Origin: a virus | Lineage: Duplodnaviria > Caudoviricetes | IMG/VR virus record: IMGVR_UViG_2508501001_000004 | Span: 18,187-82,186 of that record | Reading direction: 5' to 3' (one strand) | Length of the DNA: 64,000 nt | Shown: positions 1-6,652 of the stretch, piece after piece | How positions within the stretch are numbered: position 1 is the first letter of the stretch | How the letters are laid out: every line of letters starts with the position of its first letter | Program-made: the position numbers and the translations under genes | Notes under the pieces: generated by a model | Told to the model about the DNA's origin: nothing | The model's database searches: none | Seen by the model: the letters and a program-made list of their open reading frames with translations, nothing else

Positions 1-58
1 CCAGTTGCTTACATCCTCCCCTCTCTGCCACTTCATTTTTAACCAGCCCAGTCTCCAT

Positions 59-169
59 TTATCCTAGTACCGAATATTCCCGGTGACAGTCGCTCTTCTG
101 TAACCTTTCCAACTCAAGTAAGCCTCTAACTGTAAGATTGACTGTGACTGCCTGTTGCTTACGTGACAT
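59..169 (-). pseudogene. Small early phage gene, probably frameshifted paralog of 60821-61003
   Basis: MSRKQQAVTVNLTV vs MSPKTQEITVNLTV; the next frame gives EVAERGG vs EEAERGG. Confidence 0.45.
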
Positions 170-214
170 TTTCTTCTCCCTGTCTCACTTTCAAATTATC
201 ATTACTTATTCTTA

Positions 215-315
215 GATAATTTAATTATCAAAAACGCCAAAAAAATAAACATCCTACAAAACATTGACGATAAAATAATTATCACATATAATGTTAATTA
301 GATAAAAAAATTATC
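215..315. promoter_or_regulatory. Three GATAA-N5-TTATC palindromic operators and a + strand sigmaA promoter
   Basis: Operators at 215-229, 269-283, 301-315; TTGACG(264-269)-17 nt-TATAAT(287-292). Confidence 0.7.
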
Positions 316-318
316 ATT

Positions 319-537
319 TCAATGCTTTTCGCGGCTCCCGTAAAGATCAGGAAACAATATTTCAATTGGTTCATCAAAATACCTAGACATTTTGAACATT
401 AAATCTCTGCCAGGATTAAATGTTCCATTCTCAATCATCCGCACATAAACCTCAGAGATCCCCAAGTCTTTGGCAACCTCTTTTTGTTTGCCCTTTTTCT
501 TCCTACACGCGGAGAAGAAGTTGCGCCTTTTTTGCAT
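319..537 (-). CDS. Cro-like XRE helix-turn-helix regulator
   Basis: 72 aa, HTH motif QKEVAKDLGISEVYVRMIENG; RBS AAGGAGGTG; divergent from repressor. Confidence 0.85.
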   Translation of the reverse strand: MQKRRNFFSACRKKKGKQKEVAKDLGISEVYVRMIENGTFNPGRDLMFKMSRYFDEPIEILFPDLYGSREKH

Positions 538-564
538 TTCCTAAGTTCACCTCCTTGTGTTTTG

Positions 565-616
565 ATTATATTTGATAATTATATTATCGTCAAGATATTT
601 TGTTAATATAATTATC
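565..616. promoter_or_regulatory. cro promoter (minus strand) with two operators
   Basis: Minus strand TTGACG(593-588)-17 nt-TATAAT(570-565); operators at 574-588 and 602-616 (one mismatch). Confidence 0.7.
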
Positions 617-637
617 AAAAAGAAGGGACGTTGCTCC

Positions 638-1045
638 ATGATTGGTGAAATCCTTGCCGAATTAAGAAATAGAAGAGGGCTTACTCAAGACCAGATGGCT
701 GAGGCCCTAAATGTAAAAAGACCTCGCTACAATTCTTGGGAAAACAATATAGCTAAGCCAGACATAGAAATGCTCCAAAAGATAGCTAAATTTCATAATG
801 TTACACCCGACTATATTCTTAATTTTGAATCTGACAGCCCAGTCCCCTCCTGGGCCACTGCAAAAGATAAGCGCGATTTCAAGAAAATGCTCGAAGAAGA
901 CGATGACTTAATGTTTGATGGCATCCCTATCGAAAGCGATGACCGCCAGAGAATCAAAGACGTTCTCACCGGCCTTTTCTGGGAAGCCAAACAGATGAAC
1001 AAACGCAAAAAGAAACCTGACAGCACAAACGACACCAAGAAATAA
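638..1045 (+). CDS. XRE-family (CI/ImmR-like) repressor
   Basis: LTQDQMAEALNVKRPRYNSWENN HTH; C-terminal DLMFDGIPIESDDRQRI; ATG 638 preferred over track start 572. Confidence 0.85.
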   Translation: MIGEILAELRNRRGLTQDQMAEALNVKRPRYNSWENNIAKPDIEMLQKIAKFHNVTPDYILNFESDSPVPSWATAKDKRDFKKMLEEDDDLMFDGIPIESDDRQRIKDVLTGLFWEAKQMNKRKKKPDSTNDTKK

Positions 1046-1084
1046 ATCCTGGTGCCGTTTTTTATAAAGAGGTGCAACTAAAAA

Positions 1085-1504
1085 ATGGACAAACTTATAC
1101 ATACTTTAACCCGTAAGTATAAAACCAATAACCCCTTCACTATCGCTGAACATCTTGGAATTCATATTCGTTTTGCTGATCTGGGGGAGCACACTCGAGG
1201 TATTTATTATAGTAAGCTCAGACGTAGATTTATCGTAATTAATTCTAGGCTGAATTCTCATTGGCAGCGATTCATATGCGCCCACGAGCTGGCACACGAC
1301 AGACTTCACAGGGGTCTAAACCGCTTTTTCTTAGATAAATACTCCTTTTCAAACGCCAATAAGTACGAAAGACAGGCAAATCGATTCGCCGTTCAACTAA
1401 TTTTAATTAATACAAATATACATTCAGGTGAGACCATTGAAGACTTTTTTCTTAAAAATGGCGTTCCGACCGAGATGATTAAATACTATACAAGAAACTC
1501 TTAA
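1085..1504 (+). CDS. ImmA/IrrE-family metallopeptidase (antirepressor)
   Basis: RFICAHELAH (HEXXH) and YERQANRFA motifs; follows repressor. Confidence 0.9.
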   Translation: MDKLIHTLTRKYKTNNPFTIAEHLGIHIRFADLGEHTRGIYYSKLRRRFIVINSRLNSHWQRFICAHELAHDRLHRGLNRFFLDKYSFSNANKYERQANRFAVQLILINTNIHSGETIEDFFLKNGVPTEMIKYYTRNS

Positions 1505-1516
1505 GCAGATAAATTT

Positions 1517-1795
1517 TCAGAAACCACTTGGCCATATATTTTTTACCATCTTTGAGGAACATACGTTCCATCCATTGGGGAAGGAGGATAGGAAGCGCAC
1601 ATCTGTTTCGTTGCTCACTAACTCATAGCCATTCAATAAGAGTTCTTCTATTAGCCTATTAATAGATTTTAAAGAAAAGTGCTTTTCGTTTACAATGTTC
1701 ATTATCATGCTTTTGCTGGCCCACAATGCCAAAGAAAGGGTGATTAGAATACCAGCGAGCCCACTGAATAAAGCAATAGCTTCTTCACGAGCCAA
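1517..1795 (-). pseudogene. Membrane-anchored hypothetical protein, likely 3'-truncated
   Basis: N-terminal hydrophobic segment; the 3' end runs antisense through a leftover integrase leader (1557-1590). Confidence 0.35.
1557..1568. promoter_or_regulatory. LexA (SOS/Cheo) box of deleted integrase leader
   Basis: GAACATACGTTC, identical to 62370-62381; followed by AAGGAGGATA RBS with no ORF. Confidence 0.6.
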
Positions 1796-1910
1796 GTCAT
1801 TTTTCTATTGCAGTTTTACCCCACGATTCTCCCGTATTACCCAATCCCGACTAACATACAGTGGACATACCGAATAAGCTATCATAACTTAGCATAAAGA
1901 GGTGAATTAT

Positions 1911-2000
1911 ATGCTTTTAGGCTTTTTAGGTTTACTTTTCCTGATACCGCAGATCATCGTATCTTTACTGGTAATACTAATCGCCTCCATTGGCCTATAA
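1911..2000 (+). CDS. 29-aa hydrophobic peptide
   Basis: MLLGFLGLLFLIPQIIVSLLVILIASIGL; RBS AAGAGGTGA; same context as 43558-43671. Confidence 0.55.
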   Translation: MLLGFLGLLFLIPQIIVSLLVILIASIGL

Positions 2001-2031
2001 CTGTTTCAGCCTAGGTATTATACCTGGGCTA

Positions 2032-2160
2032 TTACATTGTACCCGATATTCCTTTGTTCTCCCGCATCATCCGATCAAGCACTTAAAACCCCATTGTGTC
2101 CTCATACTTAACCTTTGGATGAGGTTTAACTGGTTCTTTCTTTAGAGTCTCATTAGCCAT
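2032..2160 (-). pseudogene. Paralog of 43702-43908 with premature stop
   Basis: YEDTMGF*VLDRMMRENKGISGTM vs YEESPRFKALDRLMRTNKGISGTMF; TAA at 2083-2085. Confidence 0.65.
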
Positions 2161-2232
2161 GTTGCCTTCCTTTTTGCTACCATCCTTCCTTCACCCCTTT
2201 ATTCACATTTAACTAACAGCTTATCCACCGTG

Positions 2233-2364
2233 TTATCCACATTGCCCCCAACCACAGGACGGGTTAATGCAGTGAATGCAGCCACCTTCACGAACTATTT
2301 TATTGCCGCATTCTGGGCAAGCTTCGCTCATGCTTTGGAAGATGGTCGGATTTTGCTTAGGCAT
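2233..2364 (-). CDS. 43-aa zinc-ribbon protein
   Basis: CPECG..GGCIHC..PSCGWGQCG; RBS GGAGGGG; paralog of 45019-45123. Confidence 0.65.
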   Translation of the reverse strand: MPKQNPTIFQSMSEACPECGNKIVREGGCIHCINPSCGWGQCG

Positions 2365-2734
2365 CTTTTTCCCCTCCGATTACATCGAGTTCCATTTCTG
2401 CACGCGAATCCTCTTTGATGTAATAATTCCAGCTGCGTTCTTTGCAGATACGCTCTGCTACAACGCCAAATGATTTCGAATCAATTTCGCTTTTGTAGTG
2501 GTTAATATTTCTTATTTTTAGGAATACTTCCTTTTCTACGGAATTTGGAAGATGGCTTATGTGGTACGTTACTTTTTCTTCAGCTATAACCGATTCAAAG
2601 CTAACCTAAGCTTAAATTCCCATCAATGCCGCATCCCTAAGTGTGTCTATCCTTTCTCCTAGAGAGCTGCTACTCCCCTTTGTAACACTTGTCCCCTGTC
2701 GCTCATAGACTACCCTAAGGAAGGTGAAGCGACA

Positions 2735-2908
2735 TTGTTATTACGTTGCCCTAACTGTCAGAAGATGGATCATTTAAGCAAGTGGGTCACCTGTACGTCC
2801 AAAACATTAAAAATGAACATCCTTTCGGCTGCTAAGAATACTGAATATGTCTGTCCAAAATGTAAAAGTGTATCTCCTAGGGTAAGTATTCCACGCATTC
2901 CCCATTAA
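2735..2908 (+). CDS. 57-aa zinc-ribbon protein (TTG start)
   Basis: CPNC ... CPKC; RBS AAGGAAGGTGA. Confidence 0.55.
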   Translation: MLLRCPNCQKMDHLSKWVTCTSKTLKMNILSAAKNTEYVCPKCKSVSPRVSIPRIPH

Positions 2909-2934
2909 GGTGAGTTCAGTTGGATCCGTGGCCT

Positions 2935-3385
2935 TCACAGATAAAATCCGTCGTACTTTCCTGGTTTTGGCGGCTCAGGAGGCTCGTCTCCTGAGCCCTT
3001 ATTTTTTTGTTTGAGCTCTTTGTTGGCGTTCCACTCTTCATCACGAGCTGCAATATGCTCCAAGGTTGTAACCCCATGATTAAGCCAGCCTGTCATAATT
3101 CCCTCAAGGTAACTAAACTTGAAACCTTGCTTGATACCCGCTGAAAACCAGCAATTATACGACATTCGGATCCACGCTACCTCGTTCGATAAGCCGGTTT
3201 GTCCAATCTGTAAGTTGCTCACACTCAAACTGCTTCAGACAGCGTCTGAAGTTTTCTTCAGCGAATGAAATAGCATTAAGCTTAATGGCGTTCACACTTG
3301 CCGTTGGATCGTTCACGCTTTCACCTGAATTGGACACAGAATCTACTGAAGAGGATGCGGAAGGTAGATTTTTATAAAAGGGCAA
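2935..3385 (-). pseudogene. DnaD-domain phage replication initiator, 5'-truncated and frameshifted
   Basis: FAEENFRRCLKQFECEQLTDW / FSYLEGIMTGWLNHGVTTLEHIAARD split over frames; C-terminus PPEPPKPGKYDGFYL. Confidence 0.7.
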
Positions 3386-3524
3386 TTTTGATTCGTTTCA
3401 CCCTTGTGTTGTCCTTAGATAGTATCCTCTAATGGTCTTAGAGCATTGTCGTTCAATTTAATCGACCTTAATTTTTTTGTGTGATATTCTTGGGTGGCCC
3501 ACGCGATTAGCGGAGAGCGGGGAA

Positions 3525-3550
3525 GCCGGAGTCGGAAGCTCCGGCTTTTT
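3525..3550. terminator. Intrinsic terminator hairpin
   Basis: AAGCCGGAG-tcggaag-CTCCGGCTTTTTT. Confidence 0.65.
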
Positions 3551-4549
3551 TCATTCAGTAAGAGTAACTTGAATAGGTTCACTTTTAAGCTTAATACTTT
3601 GAGTTCTATTTTCATAAACTATAACTGCTTTATACTCGCCACTAGGAACACCGTCAAACCAAAAAGATGGCAGTTGTTCGGGAATCTCTGGATGATCAGT
3701 ATTGACCTTTAAAGTCGTACTATAAGAGCTGGTAGCTGATGTCAAGATCAAAGTTCGATCAATGTTCCCTTCTATGTCTGGTTGGACATATTGTAGTACA
3801 AAATTAGTTTTGGATACTATCGTGTTGTCTTGTGGAATCAATATTTCAGGAGACTTTACTGGGCTTTCGTCAATAGTCACATTGACCTTTGGCATATATT
3901 TTGGAACATTATAACCCGTTGATGGATCAAGTATATATACTGTAATTTCATAACGATGACCTATTATTAAATGACCCTTGGGTAATATGAAACTGTTTTT
4001 ATCGGCAGGCACATTAGCTGTATAATTGCGAAGATATGGCAGCGCTGTATCCCTGTCTGTAACATCTACAGTGTAACTCGTAGCACCCAGAACCGGAGTC
4101 CAGATTATTTCAATATCGCCATAAGGCAGTATAGCTCCATCTTTAGGATAAATGATACGTATAGATGGATCCGTTAAATAAATAGGATAGAGCTGAATTG
4201 CTTGACCAATCCTCAACCTTTGGGGATCAAGGCCTGGATTAGCAGCGATGAGCCCTGAAAGAGACGTGTTATTTGCGCGAGCTATTTTGTAAAATGTATC
4301 ACCCGGTTTGATAATGTAAATTTTATAGGCAGTACTCTGACGCTGTAGATACCCCCAGGTTATTGGCCCTACTATTCCATCGTGAACAAGTCCGTAGTCT
4401 TTTTGAAATTGGATTACTGCAGACGCTGTTTTTACTCCAAAAATCCCATCAGTTATCCCTGGATTATAGTTCAAGATACTTAAAGTGGACTGTAATTGAA
4501 TAACATCTTCTCCAGTCGATCCTATACGTAATATTCGCAACTCCATCAC
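3551..4549 (-). CDS. Peptidoglycan-binding (PG_binding_1) + LysM protein with fibronectin/Ig-like C-terminus
   Basis: LRIGSTGEDVIQLQ...DGIVGPITW; YIIKPGDTFYKIARANNTSLSGLIAANPGLDPQRLRIGQAI. Confidence 0.85.
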   Translation of the reverse strand: MMELRILRIGSTGEDVIQLQSTLSILNYNPGITDGIFGVKTASAVIQFQKDYGLVHDGIVGPITWGYLQRQSTAYKIYIIKPGDTFYKIARANNTSLSGLIAANPGLDPQRLRIGQAIQLYPIYLTDPSIRIIYPKDGAILPYGDIEIIWTPVLGATSYTVDVTDRDTALPYLRNYTANVPADKNSFILPKGHLIIGHRYEITVYILDPSTGYNVPKYMPKVNVTIDESPVKSPEILIPQDNTIVSKTNFVLQYVQPDIEGNIDRTLILTSATSSYSTTLKVNTDHPEIPEQLPSFWFDGVPSGEYKAVIVYENRTQSIKLKSEPIQVTLTE

Positions 4550-4793
4550 CCCTGCTGCATTATACCCTTATACAATATGTTATTTATAAAGGTATAGTGT
4601 TTCTCAGGGATATCGTAGGCTGCGATCTCCTTAGTCCCCCCAAAAATAGGCTCAGCATTCTCTACTGCTGAGCGTAGCTTTATCCTGTCCCAAACATCCC
4701 TCATATAGGTTTCTCTGGGGCGAATATGTCCTGATACTTTGAGTTTTCCAGAGTAGGGTGCATCCTTATCAAAGAAGAAGATGCAAGAAACAT

Positions 4794-4861
4794 AAAAAGC
4801 ACCGTCCTAAACGGTGCTCAACTTACCCAAGAAAGCCGAAAAGCCCAGCATTGCTGGGCTT
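4794..4861 (-). terminator. Two tandem minus-strand terminators, probably the original ssrA terminators displaced by integration
   Basis: AGCACCGT/ACGGTGCT and AAGCCCAGCA/TGCTGGGCTT hairpins with A-tracts, just left of the att site. Confidence 0.6.
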
Positions 4862-4899
4862 CGTATGTTCATTCATTGTATCAAAGATTGAGTACTTAT

Positions 4900-4911
4900 T
4901 GGTGGAGGCGA
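4900..4911. repeat. Left attachment-site core (displaced tmRNA 3' end)
   Basis: TGGTGGAGGCGA, exact direct repeat of 63907-63918. Confidence 0.85.
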
Positions 4912-5010
4912 CCTTACACTATATAAAACCCTGCAATATAAGGCGATATTCAAGTAGGAAAATAAAGGATTTTAGACCTTCCCCTAGAATAAAGTTTCTA
5001 GGTGATGCGT

Positions 5011-5268
5011 ATGGATAGTAGTTTAAGAAAAAAGCCAAGAATTCAAAATAACCTTCGATATTACCGGGAAAAACTCGGAGTCACTCAAAAAGAGATGGAG
5101 TATCGAACTGGTGTCGGAAATCGTCACTGGCCCTCCTACGAAAATGGGACTCACGAGCCTAAGGTTTCATTGGCTCAGTGCATGGCGGCTGCATTTAATG
5201 ATATAGCCGCCGAAAAAGAAATTGAATTAAAAAGGTTAACAGTCGATGATCTGTACCCCCCTCAATAG
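5011..5268 (+). CDS. XRE helix-turn-helix protein
   Basis: NNLRYYREKLGVTQKEM...YENGTHEPKVSLA; RBS AGGTGA; terminator hairpin at about 5264-5296. Confidence 0.8.
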   Translation: MDSSLRKKPRIQNNLRYYREKLGVTQKEMEYRTGVGNRHWPSYENGTHEPKVSLAQCMAAAFNDIAAEKEIELKRLTVDDLYPPQ

Positions 5269-5335
5269 ACTTCCACAAAAAGGAAGTCTATTTTTTATGC
5301 CCTTATGGAATACATCGCGGTTTTTTGAGTATCAA

Positions 5336-5370
5336 TTACTAACTATTTAGTATTACTAAACATTTAGTAA
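5336..5370. promoter_or_regulatory. Tandem palindromic operators upstream of RHH gene
   Basis: TTACTAAC-TA-TTTAGTAT and TTACTAAA-CA-TTTAGTAA. Confidence 0.5.
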
Positions 5371-5383
5371 AGGAGCTGATCCC

Positions 5384-5596
5384 ATGGAGCAACTTAAAGT
5401 CACCAGTGTCTCCTTGACCCCCGACCAAATCACCTATACCAAGGGCAAAGGCAACACCAGCCGCTACATCCGCAGCCTCATTGACCGCGAGATGGGCAAC
5501 GAGCAAGCCGCAGAGCGGTGTCAGGCGCTGGTAAGGGCGTACCAGAGCATTATTGACCGACAAAAACAAAAAGAGTCCGGGGACCCGGACCGATGA
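5384..5596 (+). CDS. Ribbon-helix-helix (CopG/Arc-like) protein
   Basis: VTSVSLT beta-strand and NTSRYIRSLIDRE helix; RBS AAAGGAG. Confidence 0.6.
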   Translation: MEQLKVTSVSLTPDQITYTKGKGNTSRYIRSLIDREMGNEQAAERCQALVRAYQSIIDRQKQKESGDPDR

Positions 5597-5693
5597 GCGC
5601 AGACTTTGCCTATGTAAGTTTATCGTCTATAAACTTTATGCGACAGCTACCCCGAAATATGTCTACGAGCAAGCATAAAGGGAGGAAAATCAA

Positions 5694-6014
5694 ATGTTAA
5701 GATTAACCAGCCATTTTCGAAGGCATAAAACGCTCTGTATTCAGGTGGGAATTACGGCGGTCGTTATGTTCCTCTCCCCTACCGTTGCCCTCGCTTCAAG
5801 TGTTGATGACGGGGGAATGAAAATATACTGGAAGATCGTTAATGTAGGTAAATATGTGATTTTGGTTAAAGGTGCGGTTAACTCTATTCAGTCCGTTTTG
5901 GATGGGGATTACGAAAAAGCAAAGCACCAGTTTATAGGGTATCTTATATGTTTCGGAGCAATGCTTGCTCTCCCTGGAGCTTTAAATCAGATAGAGGAGT
6001 TGTTTAAGTCATGA
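5694..6014 (+). CDS. TrbC/VirB2 pilin-like membrane protein
   Basis: Signal-like segment ending VALA-S, then two hydrophobic segments; 106 aa; RBS GGGAGG. Confidence 0.55.
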   Translation: MLRLTSHFRRHKTLCIQVGITAVVMFLSPTVALASSVDDGGMKIYWKIVNVGKYVILVKGAVNSIQSVLDGDYEKAKHQFIGYLICFGAMLALPGALNQIEELFKS

Positions 6015-6640
6015 TTATTGCGGCTTTAAAGACCGGAGTTATTTTAGCAATTGTAACAATGGTTATGACGAAGCCGGTTTTATTCATGAGCTACATGCAT
6101 GTTATTGTTCTACTTGGCTGTACGTCGTTAATCGTTCTATACGTAGGAGGATTCAGGCCGGGTATCAGATGGGTCGGTATAACTTTAGTGGGATACATTC
6201 TGCTTCACATTTTCATTGATGTAAACGGCAACGGAGAGACTTTCGTCAAAGGGGAATATATTGCTCCTGTAATTGGTCCTGTATCCAGCCCTTACGGACC
6301 GCGTGCCTCTTCCCCTGACGGTTTTCATTACGGTATCGACTTCGCCGTTCCCGAAGGAACCAGAGTGCTTGCGAGTAAGCCTGGTACAATATGCTTTGCC
6401 GGGTATAAGGGAAATATCGTTGGGAACGTTGTAGAAATCAACCATCAAGACGGGGCGCAGACTATGTACGCGCATAACAGCCAGGTTTTAGTTTACGTAG
6501 GCCAATCCGTGCAACAAGGTGACGTAATAGCTTTAAGCGGTAACACAGGCCGTAGCACTGGACCACATGTGCATTTTGAAATAAGGCTGGATAACGGGAA
6601 AACCTCAGTAGATCCTGCACCTCACTTAAATTTACAGTAA
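6011..6640 (+). CDS. Membrane-anchored M23 peptidase
   Basis: N-terminal hydrophobic helices; HYGID, YAH and GNTGRSTGPHVHFE motifs; ATGA overlap with upstream gene. Confidence 0.9.
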   Translation: MIIAALKTGVILAIVTMVMTKPVLFMSYMHVIVLLGCTSLIVLYVGGFRPGIRWVGITLVGYILLHIFIDVNGNGETFVKGEYIAPVIGPVSSPYGPRASSPDGFHYGIDFAVPEGTRVLASKPGTICFAGYKGNIVGNVVEINHQDGAQTMYAHNSQVLVYVGQSVQQGDVIALSGNTGRSTGPHVHFEIRLDNGKTSVDPAPHLNLQ

Positions 6641-6652
6641 GGAGGCGACACA

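Larger units (their letters stand above)
1..3400. mobile_element. Degenerate prophage remnant related to the main prophage (continues left of window)
   Basis: Cro/repressor/ImmA module, frameshifted DnaD-like gene, and several small ORFs paralogous to genes at 43.5-47.9 kb and 60.8-61.0 kb; no integrase. Confidence 0.7.

Noticed and set aside
2199-2241. DnaA-box cluster (TTATTCACA, TTATCCACC, TTATCCACA)
   Set aside because: The perfect box is the Cys-Gly-stop codons of the 2233-2364 ORF; no AT-rich unwinding element or oriC gene context
3415-3712. Track ORFs 3415-3615 and 3494-3712
   Set aside because: Overlap a terminator and the LysM gene end; no motifs or RBS
4758-5018. 86-aa track ORF spanning the left att
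   Set aside because: Runs through terminator hairpins and the att junction, with no RBS; the relevant frame is the integrase tail at 4901-4957
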